Shown here: positions 11,132 through 19,787 of the stretch, piece after piece
Position numbering within the stretch: position 1 is the stretch's first letter
Layout of the letters: each line of letters starts with the position of its first letter
Assembly (NCBI RefSeq): GCF_000010065.1
Contig: NC_006576.1
Span: forward strand, 1,950,001 to 1,982,000
Source: Synechococcus elongatus PCC 6301
GTDB lineage: Bacteria; Cyanobacteriota; Cyanobacteriia; Synechococcales; Synechococcaceae
Direction of reading: 5' to 3'
DNA length: 32,000 nucleotides
The notes under the pieces: generated by a model
Seen by the model: only the letters and a program-made list of their open reading frames with translations
Databases searched by the model: none
What the model was told of the DNA's origin: nothing
Made by a program: the position numbers and the translations under genes

Positions 11132-12259
11132 TTGTCTGTCACTGCCCAGCGATCGCCAATTTTGCTTGCCCCTGCTCAAGTGTTACGAGGCTGGGGCGCA
11201 CTCTCAGAGGCAGGATCTGCGATCGCCCGCGTTGGTCAGCGTCCCCTTGTGGTGGGTGGCGATCGCGCCAGAGCACTCGTCCAAGACAGTTTGACGGCGA
11301 TCGCTTCAGAACAATCCCTGACCCTAGGTTGGGGCAGCAGCTTGCCGGACTGTAGTGAAGCGGTTTTGGCACGGCTCCAGCAAGCAGCAACCGAGCATCA
11401 AGCTGATTGCATTCTAGGTGTGGGCGGCGGTAAGGCGCTCGATACGGCCAAACTGCTGGGGCATCAACTGTCGCTGCCGGTGATCACCGTGCCGACGAGT
11501 GCGGCGACCTGTGCGGCTTGGACAGCATTGGCGAATGTCTATACCGATGCCGGGGCTTGGCTCTACGATGTCGGTCTCGATCGCTGTCCTGAGTTGCTGA
11601 TTCTCGACTTTGAACTGATTGCCCAAGCGCCCCCCCGCACCCTAGCGGCGGGAATTGGGGATGCGATCGCCAAGTGGTACGAAGCTTCCGTCAGCAGTGG
11701 TCATCGCCAAGAAACTTTGGTCGTTGCGGCGGTTCAGCAAGCTCGTGTCCTGCGTGATCTGCTCTTCCAGAAATCGGCTGCCGCGATCGCGGAACCTGGC
11801 GGTGAGCAATGGTACGAAGTGGTGGAAGCCACCGTTTTACTTGCAGGCGTGATTGGGGGGTTAGGTGGGGCGCAATGCCGCACGGTGGCTGCCCATGCTG
11901 TCCACAATGGCTTGACCCATCTGCCCGCTTGTCATGATTGGCTGCACGGCGAGAAGGTTGCCTTCGGTATTTTGGTGCAGTTGCGTTTAGAAGAACTGCA
12001 AGGCACCAACCCGCTGGCAGCAACCGCACGGCAACAACTGCTGAGCTTCTATGCCGATCTGGGGCTGCCGCGCCAATGGTCTGACATGGGCTTAGCGTCC
12101 GTCAGCTTAGCGGATTTGCAGCAAGCGGCAATTCTGGCCTGTGCGCCCGAGTCGGACATTCACCACCTGCCTTTTGCGGTGGATCCTGATCAGCTTTTGG
12201 CGGCGATGGTTTCCACGACTACCCCGATCGCCCGCAGCAACAGTGTGGTGGCTGAATGA
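11132..12259 (+). CDS. Iron-containing alcohol dehydrogenase / glycerol dehydrogenase-like protein
   Basis: ADCILGVGGGKALDTAKLLGHQLSLPVITVPTSAATCAAWTALANVY, PPRTLAAGIGDAIAKWYEA, HAVHNGL...HDWLHGEKVAFGILVQL. Confidence 0.85.
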   Translation: MSVTAQRSPILLAPAQVLRGWGALSEAGSAIARVGQRPLVVGGDRARALVQDSLTAIASEQSLTLGWGSSLPDCSEAVLARLQQAATEHQADCILGVGGGKALDTAKLLGHQLSLPVITVPTSAATCAAWTALANVYTDAGAWLYDVGLDRCPELLILDFELIAQAPPRTLAAGIGDAIAKWYEASVSSGHRQETLVVAAVQQARVLRDLLFQKSAAAIAEPGGEQWYEVVEATVLLAGVIGGLGGAQCRTVAAHAVHNGLTHLPACHDWLHGEKVAFGILVQLRLEELQGTNPLAATARQQLLSFYADLGLPRQWSDMGLASVSLADLQQAAILACAPESDIHHLPFAVDPDQLLAAMVSTTTPIARSNSVVAE

Positions 12260-13167
12260 CTGCGATCGCGCCTGAAACCCGCCTCGGTTCAACCGTTGCC
12301 AACCTAACGGAAGACACCTCCAAGAACCTAGCTGCCGCAATTCAGTGGCAAGCGGTCGCTACAGATTTGCGCGAAGCCCCGATCGAAACTAGCTTTGTGC
12401 AGTTGGGACAGGGCGATCGCCCGCTGCTCTGTCTGCATGGCTTCGACAGCTCCGTGTTTGAATTCCGCCGCCTCTTGCCGCAGCTCGCAGAACAGCATTC
12501 AGTCCGAGCGCTGGACTGTCTGGGTTTTGGATTCACGGAACGGCCTGAAGGGATAGAAATTAGTCCAGATACCATTCGGCAGCATCTCTGGGGCTGCTGG
12601 CAGGCTTGGTATCAGAAACCAATCGTGCTGGTTGGGGCTTCGATGGGTGGGGCGATCGCGATCGATTTCGCCCTGAACTATCCCGAGGCGGTGGCCGGTT
12701 TGATCTTGATCGATAGCGCCGGTATTGCACCGGGGCCGTGGATTGGTCGCTTTTTGCCATCGCCCTTAGATGGCTGGGCGGTGGACTTTCTGGGACGACC
12801 GGATGTGCGTCGTCGCATCAGTGAACGGGCCTATCACGATCCGCAGCGTTGGGTGACGCCGGATGCTGAAACCTGTGCGGCGCTCCATCTCCAGCAACCG
12901 GGCTGGCGCGAGGGGCTACGACGTTTTACTCGCAGTGGCGGCTATGGCTCGATGCGATCGCGCCTCCCTGAACTTCGGCAACCCACGCAACTGGTCTGGG
13001 GTCGCCAAGATCAGATCCTCGGCACCAAAGATGCTGCTGTTTTTCAGCGCCTGTTACCGCAGAGTGAGCTGGTCTGGATTGATGACTGCGGCCACGTTCC
13101 GCATAAAGAACAACCCAGAGCGACGGCTGAAGCAATCGCGACTTTTGTGGCGACTTTACCGACTTGA
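12256..13167 (+). CDS. Alpha/beta hydrolase fold protein
   Basis: LLCLHGFDSSVFEFRRLLPQLAEQHSVRALDCLGFGFTERP, LVGASMGGAIAIDFALNYPE (nucleophile elbow GxSxG), VWGRQDQIL, DCGHVPHKEQP. ATGA overlap with the upstream gene. Confidence 0.9.
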   Translation: MTAIAPETRLGSTVANLTEDTSKNLAAAIQWQAVATDLREAPIETSFVQLGQGDRPLLCLHGFDSSVFEFRRLLPQLAEQHSVRALDCLGFGFTERPEGIEISPDTIRQHLWGCWQAWYQKPIVLVGASMGGAIAIDFALNYPEAVAGLILIDSAGIAPGPWIGRFLPSPLDGWAVDFLGRPDVRRRISERAYHDPQRWVTPDAETCAALHLQQPGWREGLRRFTRSGGYGSMRSRLPELRQPTQLVWGRQDQILGTKDAAVFQRLLPQSELVWIDDCGHVPHKEQPRATAEAIATFVATLPT

Positions 13168-13173
13168 TCCCCC

Positions 13174-13917
13174 TCAAGCCAGCAGACTGACCAGCGATCG
13201 CGCTACCCAATCGATTGCCGGCGCCAGAATCAGCGCTGGCAAAAAGGTGATCGTGGGTAGTCGGGCCACGCCGAGTAAGTTCGCCGCGATCGCCAGAATC
13301 AACAGTCCGCCCGTGCCAGTGAACAGCAGCAAGGCTGGCAACTGGCTGGGATCAGGAATGCCTTGGCTCAACAGGGCTGCTGTCAGGGACATCCCGCCCT
13401 GACTAATGGCGATCGTGCCGATCGAGAACAGAATACTGCGGCCGTAGCTCCCGGCCAAGGCGATCGCACTGAGGCCATCCATCGTGCCTTTGATCAGGAG
13501 CAAGCGCGGATCGCCGTTCAGACCATTCTCCAGACTGCCGATTAGCGTCATGGGGCCGACGCAAAACAGCAGGCTCGCCGCTACGAACCCCTCGGCACCG
13601 ACTTGACCTTGCCGCAGCAGGCGATCGCTCCAGCGTTGAATGCGGCTTTCGAGCTGGTAGAACTCGCCGAGCAGTCCGCCCAGGGTCAATGCCAACAGCG
13701 CCACCACAATGCTGTCGAGGGGACCGCGCACGGACTGGAGTTGCTGAGTCATCTGCAAGCCCACAATCACGGTAATCAGCCCCACCCCTTGGGTGAGGCG
13801 CTGTCGATAGCGATCGGGTAGGCGATCGCGTAGCCAAACGCCCAAACAGCCCCCGATCGCGACGGCTAAGCCGTTGTAGACCGTTCCGTTTAGACGAGAC
13901 CAAATTTCCCAACTCAT
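13174..13917 (-). CDS. DUF554-like integral membrane protein
   Basis: GTVYNGLAVAIGGCLGVWLRDRLPDRYRQRLTQGVGLITVIVGLQMTQ, LLGEFYQLESRIQRWSD, ASLLFCVGPMTLIGSLENGLNGDPRLLLIKGTMDGLSAIALA. ATG (cat at 13915-13917) preferred over the longer ORF to 14013. Confidence 0.85.
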   Translation of the reverse strand: MSWEIWSRLNGTVYNGLAVAIGGCLGVWLRDRLPDRYRQRLTQGVGLITVIVGLQMTQQLQSVRGPLDSIVVALLALTLGGLLGEFYQLESRIQRWSDRLLRQGQVGAEGFVAASLLFCVGPMTLIGSLENGLNGDPRLLLIKGTMDGLSAIALAGSYGRSILFSIGTIAISQGGMSLTAALLSQGIPDPSQLPALLLFTGTGGLLILAIAANLLGVARLPTITFLPALILAPAIDWVARSLVSLLA

Positions 13918-14012
13918 GAAAAATTGCCAAGGAACCGCAGGCAGCCTAACGCGGATGCAATCGTAGACTGAGGGAACCACGCGGCCAAAGGCAACAGACT
14001 TCGACCCCTGCA

Positions 14013-15926
14013 ATGGCTGATTCCACTCTTGCTCAGTTGCTCGAAATTTTGCGGCAGCAATCTTTTGTGGATTTGCCGCGTCCGCAAATCTACTTCAAGG
14101 CTTCGCTGACAGCCCTGTCGCATGCCCTGGAGGATTTGGTCTTTGCCACGGATGAGAAGCCATTATTAATCGCCAGTTTCCAGCGCGAGCGCTTCTATCG
14201 CCAAGAAGCCCATCGCTACGAGCGGCTGGCCCACGTGACCAGTGCTCAGTTTGTGCTGGCCGCCGCAGAATCCCGCTTTGCCGATGCGGATACCTATCCC
14301 GCCGTGGCGTTTCCACCCTCCGATCCGCTGGCCTTGGAATGGAATCTGGTGGTGATTGGCCCTCGCACCACCGGCTGCCTGATCTGCATGGAAAAACTCG
14401 ATCGCCAAGGTCCCTTAGAGCCGGCCATGGATACGGCACGCCCCTTTGAGGGCATTTGGACCACCGATCGCCGCGTCGTCACGGTTGCAGCCGAGCTTCT
14501 GCTCGATCGCATTGCTGAATTTCGACCCGATTTACAAGCCAAGACAGAGTCGGCGATCGCGGCGCTTCCTCCTGCCGAAGCCAGTGCTCCCAGCGTCGAA
14601 ACGCCTTTTGCTGAGCGCCTGCTCAACTATCTACAAGCCGGACAATACAAACTCCTCAAGGCCTATCGCGCCCAGGCCCGACAAACTCGCAAAGAACAAC
14701 TGATCAACACGATCAGTAGTGCGGTGCGCCAATCGCTCAATCCTGAAGCGGTTCTCGAAATTGCCGCACGAGAACTTGGGCTGTCGCTGGCTGCCAATCG
14801 CTGTCTGATCTATGCCTGCACGCCGGAAACGGAACAGATTCTGGTGGAGCATGAGTATCGCCAAACCGAGACCGCTTCCCTAGGCGATCGCCTCTGGCCC
14901 CTGCAAGAGAATCCACTCTTCCAGCAAGTCGCCACTGATCGCAAAGCGATTCGTCTGACCGTCGATGATCCTGAAGCGACCCTGCCTTACATCCAAGCGA
15001 TGCGACAGCAGTGGGACATCGCCCACTGGCTGCTAATTCCGGTGCAGTATCGCCAAGAACTGATCGGGATGATTGAACTCCATCGCGAAGCGACTGCCGA
15101 GCCTTGGGATCTCGCGGATCAAGAACTGGCAGAAGCGATCGCGACTCAGATTGGGGTGGCACTGATTCAAGCCCAGACCTTCCGGCAGCTGGAAAATCTG
15201 GAACGCACCCGCAGCAATCTGACGGCGATTATTGGTCACGAGCTGCGAACCCCCCTCTCGACTGTGCAAGTCTGCCTCGAAAGTTTGGCCACTGAGCCGG
15301 ATATGAGTGCGGATCTGCGCCAAGTGATGTTGCAGACGGCTTTGGATGATGCGGAGCGGCTGCGCTTGTTGGTGCAAGATTTTCTGACCCTCTCGCGTTT
15401 GGAAAGTGGCCGGATTGACTGGCATCCAGAATCGCTGGCGCTGGATGAATGCGTCGCCATGGCGATGAGTGGACTGCGATCGCGGCATCAGCGCGACTCA
15501 CTGCCCAGCATCGAACAAAAGCTGCCCGCCAGCTTGCCGCTGGTGCGGGTGGATGGCGACTGGCTGGTGGAAGTGCTGATTAAGCTGCTGGACAACGCCT
15601 GTAAGTTCACCAGCGCCCAAGGCCACGTTTCGATTACGGCGGTCGTAGAAGGCGATCGTGCCTTGCGTGTGGCGATTACCGACGATGGCCGAGGAATCGA
15701 ACCCGATCGCCTCGAAGCAGTTTTCGATCGCTTCTACCAAGAAGATGGCGCGCTACGGCGCAGCCAGGGCGGCAGTGGCCTGGGGCTCGCGATTTGTCGC
15801 CAGATTGTCGAGCGACTGGGTGGGCATATCTGGGCTGAGTCAGAAGGGCGCGATCGCGGGAGTTGTTTTCAGTTCACGCTTCCTCTGGCGACCCGGCATC
15901 CGCAGACGGCAAACGCACTGACTTAA
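14013..15926 (+). CDS. Sensor histidine kinase with N-terminal DICT-like and GAF domains
   Basis: N-terminal region FVDLPRPQIYFKASLTALSHALEDLVFATDEKPLLIASFQRERFYRQE resembles DICT, followed by a GAF-like segment, then H-box IIGHELRTPLSTVQVCLESL, N-box VLIKLLDNACKFT, G-boxes DDGRGIEPDRLEAVFDRFYQ and GSGLGLAICRQIVERLGGHIW. Confidence 0.9.
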   Translation: MADSTLAQLLEILRQQSFVDLPRPQIYFKASLTALSHALEDLVFATDEKPLLIASFQRERFYRQEAHRYERLAHVTSAQFVLAAAESRFADADTYPAVAFPPSDPLALEWNLVVIGPRTTGCLICMEKLDRQGPLEPAMDTARPFEGIWTTDRRVVTVAAELLLDRIAEFRPDLQAKTESAIAALPPAEASAPSVETPFAERLLNYLQAGQYKLLKAYRAQARQTRKEQLINTISSAVRQSLNPEAVLEIAARELGLSLAANRCLIYACTPETEQILVEHEYRQTETASLGDRLWPLQENPLFQQVATDRKAIRLTVDDPEATLPYIQAMRQQWDIAHWLLIPVQYRQELIGMIELHREATAEPWDLADQELAEAIATQIGVALIQAQTFRQLENLERTRSNLTAIIGHELRTPLSTVQVCLESLATEPDMSADLRQVMLQTALDDAERLRLLVQDFLTLSRLESGRIDWHPESLALDECVAMAMSGLRSRHQRDSLPSIEQKLPASLPLVRVDGDWLVEVLIKLLDNACKFTSAQGHVSITAVVEGDRALRVAITDDGRGIEPDRLEAVFDRFYQEDGALRRSQGGSGLGLAICRQIVERLGGHIWAESEGRDRGSCFQFTLPLATRHPQTANALT

Positions 15927-16830
15927 TCGGACGAGGGGCTTTTTGCCCTGAGGGCTGGGGCCGTGGGCGATCGCGTTGATCGACCCGGCGCGGCAGTGGA
16001 CTGCGTTGGGGGCGAACTTCACCGGCTTGCGCCGCATAACTTGCGGAACGGTGTTCGCTGCTTTGACCCTGACCTCGTAGTTGGGGCTTCGGTTTGGGGC
16101 GACGGCCCGGCAACGCCGCCACTGCTTCTGCTTGGCGAACCACCAAGACTTCACCCTGCCGTTCGACTTGAAAGTCCCAGAAGTGATGGAGCGCTCGCAG
16201 GTCGAGGTTGCCTTTAAGCACGAGCTTGAATCCGGCGGGTCGCTCACCCGGTTCAGTTTTAGCCTGCTGGCTAATGCGGACGACAATCCGCTGCAAGTCG
16301 GGCCGCGTAAAGACAACTTCACCCCGAATCGAGAAAAAGTTCTCCGAGACTTGGAGCTTGGGCGGGCTGGGTGGCCGAATGCCCGGGGTCAGTTGCGATC
16401 GCTTGGTCAGCATCTCTGGCTCCCAGAGACCGACGATCTGCATGTGCAGCCCCCCTTCGCGATCGCGGGTACGGGGGTAGACCACCCAGAGGTGCTCTTG
16501 ACTGAGATCGATGTGCTTTTTGACCAAGCTCAGCACTCGTCCCAAGAGCACAGCATCAAGGCTGACCCCATCATTGGCAATCAGGGTCCCTTTCGTGAAT
16601 ACCTCAGGATCGGGCTGATATCGTCCGCGTACCAAGCCAATAGCTCGGTATTGGAGCGGTTCACTAGCCGGGGGAATCGGAGCGGGGCGCATGGGTGACG
16701 GCGGAGGAGGAGCAATGGCCAAGATTGGCACTGGCACTAAGGATAGCGCTTGGGGCTGGCATTCCCGGCTGCTCGGCAGGAAACAGCAAATGACCCCCCA
16801 AAAAACTGCTGTTGAGGTTGTTTGAGCCAT
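15874..16830 (-). CDS. Hypothetical protein with N-terminal signal/TM segment and long basic, Pro/Arg-rich C-terminal tail
   Basis: Start ATG (cat 16828-16830) for MAQTTSTAVFWGVICCF. Ordered middle region YRAIGLVRGRYQPDPEVFTKGTLIANDG...LWVVYPRT, then a tail rich in R/P/Q. Overlaps the 3' end of the kinase gene by 53 bp in antisense. Confidence 0.7.
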   Translation of the reverse strand: MAQTTSTAVFWGVICCFLPSSRECQPQALSLVPVPILAIAPPPPSPMRPAPIPPASEPLQYRAIGLVRGRYQPDPEVFTKGTLIANDGVSLDAVLLGRVLSLVKKHIDLSQEHLWVVYPRTRDREGGLHMQIVGLWEPEMLTKRSQLTPGIRPPSPPKLQVSENFFSIRGEVVFTRPDLQRIVVRISQQAKTEPGERPAGFKLVLKGNLDLRALHHFWDFQVERQGEVLVVRQAEAVAALPGRRPKPKPQLRGQGQSSEHRSASYAAQAGEVRPQRSPLPRRVDQRDRPRPQPSGQKAPRPIKSVRLPSADAGSPEEA

Positions 16831-16947
16831 CCATGCGTTCGGGTCGGGGAGGATGTCAAAATGGCTTCTCAAGTCACTGCTGGGTCGTCAGGGCCCGTTT
16901 GCTTCCTGACGGTCGGTTTGCGATTGCCATCTGCTAGGGGACAGCCT

Positions 16948-17793
16948 GTGGTTTCCAACTTCAATCAGCCCCGCCCACCGCAGCGCCAGCGGTGGGTCGA
17001 TTCCCTGCTCGGCGTTTCCTTGGTGGCATTGGTGGTGGCTGCAGCCTTGCCCCTGCTATTGCCCCTGGTGCGATTGCCTGGGGGAAGTTCGGCCCGCGAT
17101 CGCGAGTTGGCGGCAGCCCAAGCCACGGCCTTCCAGACAGTGTTGCAACGGGATCCTGACAATCTATCGGCCCTGCGATCGCTGATTGGGGTCTACCTGC
17201 AACAGCAACAGTTACAAGCTGCGATCGCGCCCTTGCAGCGTTTGGCTCGACTGCAACCCCAGCAGCCTGCCTATCGAGTCCTGCTGGCCCAAACCCAGGC
17301 ACAGCTGGGCGATCGCGAAGCTGCCGCCCAAACCTATCGCCAGATTTTGGAAACGGCACCCACAAACTTGGAAGCCCTGCGCGGTTTCACGCAGCTGCTC
17401 CTGACCCAAAAGCAGCCGACAGCAGCAGTCGATCTGTTGCAGAAAGCCCGCCAGACCGACAAAATCACCCCTGCTGACCAAGTAAGCATAGACCTCATGC
17501 TGGCTCAGGTCTATGCCAATCAGGGTCAGATTGATGATGCGATTGCCCTCTACGATCGCAGTGCCCAGAACAACGGTCGTGACTTCCGTCCCTTGCTGGC
17601 GAAAGCACTCTTACTCAAACAGCAGGGCGATCTGCAGAAAGCAACGCCAATTTTTCAAGAGGCGATCGCGATCGCGCCTGCGCAGTATCGAGATCAAATT
17701 CGTCAGCTCAGCCCCGCGAGTATGCCTGCCACTCCCCCTACTCAGCCTGCGACGAAGACCCCACCAACGGCACCCCCGCCACCACCGAATTGA
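16948..17793 (+). CDS. TPR-repeat protein with N-terminal transmembrane segment
   Basis: LLGVSLVALVVAAALPLLLPLV TM segment followed by repeated TPR-like units (DREAAAQTYRQILETAPTNLEALRGFTQLLL, YANQGQIDDAIALYDRS). Start uncertain: GTG at 16948, or ATG at 16822/16861. Confidence 0.75.
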   Translation: MVSNFNQPRPPQRQRWVDSLLGVSLVALVVAAALPLLLPLVRLPGGSSARDRELAAAQATAFQTVLQRDPDNLSALRSLIGVYLQQQQLQAAIAPLQRLARLQPQQPAYRVLLAQTQAQLGDREAAAQTYRQILETAPTNLEALRGFTQLLLTQKQPTAAVDLLQKARQTDKITPADQVSIDLMLAQVYANQGQIDDAIALYDRSAQNNGRDFRPLLAKALLLKQQGDLQKATPIFQEAIAIAPAQYRDQIRQLSPASMPATPPTQPATKTPPTAPPPPPN

Positions 17794-18001
17794 GGCAACG
17801 AAAGCTGCGATCAGAGCGACTCACTCAGAGCAGCCAGAGTTGAGCTGGAGTCCGTAGCCTCCACCTGAATCGTTCTAACCAGTCTGCTAGCTACTGAAGC
17901 TCGATTAAGGTCTAATTCACCGCACCAGACGAAAGCGGAGCCCAGCTTAGCAACCAGACTTTGCCTGAAATTAGCTCACAGTTGCTTGCAAGCGTCAGCG
18001 C

Positions 18002-19414
18002 CTAGCGCTCTTTGCTGTAGGCATCTTCGCCGTGTAGGGCAAAGTCCAGCCCTTCCAACTCCTGTTCCTCCGTGGCGCGGACACGCATGACCGATTTCAG
18101 GATCGTCCAGATCACGAAGGTAGCGATGCCAACAAAGAGATAGGTAATCAACACGGCTTGGATCTGTGCCCAAGTCATGGCCAAAGGACCCTGGGAGATC
18201 ACCTTGAACTGGGTTGGGAAAGCTTTCTCAACGAGGAAATCCTTCTGGGCAAAAATGCCCGTGAGAATAGCGCCGACGGTTCCGCCAACGCCGTGTACCC
18301 CAAAAGCATCTAGGGAATCATCCAGTCGGATCCGGCTCTTAACTTTGGCGACGAACAGAAAGCAGACTAGGGCTGTCAAGGCACCGATGGGAAGTGCCGC
18401 CCAAACAGGAATGAACCCAGCAGACGGTGTGATTCCGACTAGACCAGCCACCGCGCCGGTTGCGGCGCCTACGGCGGTGGGCTTCCCGAGGTCAATCTGC
18501 TCGAGTAATAGCCAAGTCAGCATGGCTGTTGCTGCTGCCGTATTGGTGGTGAGGAAGGCAAAACCGGCGCCTTGGGCAGCGAAGTAGCTCGCGCCGTTAA
18601 ATCCAAACCAGCCGAACCAAAGCAGACCTGCCCCCAACAAAATAAAGGGCACATTGTGCGGCGGCGACAGACGATTCGGGAAGACGCGACGCGGGCCGAT
18701 CATTGCCACGGACACTAGGGCACCCACCCCAGAGGCAATATGGACAACGGTGCTGCCGGCAAAGTCGAGGGCGCCAATCTGGCCATAGATAAAGCCATTG
18801 CTTCCCCAGACCATGTGCGCCATAGGGATGTAGACAAGCGTGGACCAGAGCAAGCCGAACCAGAACCAAGCCTTAAAATTGACCCGCTCTACCAGCGCTC
18901 CAGAAATCAGAGCGGGCGTAATGATTGCGAACATGCCTTGAAACAGCGCAAAGCTGGAGGCAGACATACCGGAGATCATCAACTCATCGCCGGCCCAGAC
19001 AGGATCAATGCCAAACTTGCCACCGACACCATTGAAAAACAGGTTACTAAAACCGCCGATAAAGGGACTCCCTAAACTGGTGTCGAAAGCGAGACTGTAG
19101 CCATAAATCACCCAAGTCATGCCGACGAGCCCCATCATCAAGAAGCTCATCATCATGATATTTAGGACGTTCTGGGCTCTGCCAAAACCGCCATAGAAAA
19201 AGGCTAGCCCCGGTGTCATCAAAAGGACGAGGGCTGAGCCGATTAGGAGGAGTAGCGTGTCAGTTCCAGTCTTGGCGGCAGTGACGTTGCTATTGAGCTG
19301 CTCCAGCGTTAGCTGAGGTGCAGTTGCTGCCAGAGTTGGATGGGCCAGCAGAAATGCAGAAATGCCAGCCAGTGCTGCAGTCAAACCCAGAGTTCGCCAT
19401 CGTTTGTCGAACAT
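18002..19414 (-). CDS. amt1: Ammonium transporter (Amt family)
   Basis: DTLLLLIGSALVLLMTPGLAFFYGGFGRAQNVLNIMM, LDFAGSTVVHIASGVGALVSVAMIGPR, FGFNGASYFAAQ, DDSLDAFGVHGVGGTVGAILTG. N-terminal signal sequence. Confidence 0.96.
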   Translation of the reverse strand: MFDKRWRTLGLTAALAGISAFLLAHPTLAATAPQLTLEQLNSNVTAAKTGTDTLLLLIGSALVLLMTPGLAFFYGGFGRAQNVLNIMMMSFLMMGLVGMTWVIYGYSLAFDTSLGSPFIGGFSNLFFNGVGGKFGIDPVWAGDELMISGMSASSFALFQGMFAIITPALISGALVERVNFKAWFWFGLLWSTLVYIPMAHMVWGSNGFIYGQIGALDFAGSTVVHIASGVGALVSVAMIGPRRVFPNRLSPPHNVPFILLGAGLLWFGWFGFNGASYFAAQGAGFAFLTTNTAAATAMLTWLLLEQIDLGKPTAVGAATGAVAGLVGITPSAGFIPVWAALPIGALTALVCFLFVAKVKSRIRLDDSLDAFGVHGVGGTVGAILTGIFAQKDFLVEKAFPTQFKVISQGPLAMTWAQIQAVLITYLFVGIATFVIWTILKSVMRVRATEEQELEGLDFALHGEDAYSKER

Positions 19415-19486
19415 TGCCTGAGGAATCCTAGAGAGTGTGAAGGTTCGGAGATCTCACAACTCTGGCTAGGCAGACTGGTGATATAC

Positions 19487-19500
19487 GTAACTTTTGCTAC
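19487..19500. promoter_or_regulatory. NtcA-type binding site GTA-N8-TAC upstream of the ammonium transporter gene
   Basis: Exact GTA ACTTTTGC TAC at 19487-19500, about 73-86 bp upstream of the amt start at 19414. Confidence 0.65.
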
Positions 19501-19787
19501 TTTTTGGGGGAATTTCAGATTTCTGAAATAAACTGCATTTTCTTTGAAGCAAACTGGGAAGGCTTTTCCTCTTGAAAGCGATATGAGGGTAAACCGATCG
19601 CTGGCAACTGAAAAAAGAGTCCTATCTGGCCGAGTGAAAACTCCATTCACTCTAGTAGAGGTATCAGGAGCGATCGCCTAGCAAAGCCCTTAGCGACCAA
19701 GCTACTAGAAGAGATAAAGTCGCTCGAGCCAGCGCTGGTTCAGCCCACTCGCATTGGCAGGATGAAAGGCACATCCTTGCGTGAGAC

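Noticed and set aside
13403-13930. 175 aa minus-strand ORF
   Set aside because: Alternate-frame shadow of the DUF554-like gene with non-protein-like composition.
17997-18009. AGCGC-CTA-GCGCT palindrome at the amt stop codon considered as a terminator
   Set aside because: The stem is only 5 bp and no clear U-tract follows on either strand, so support is insufficient.
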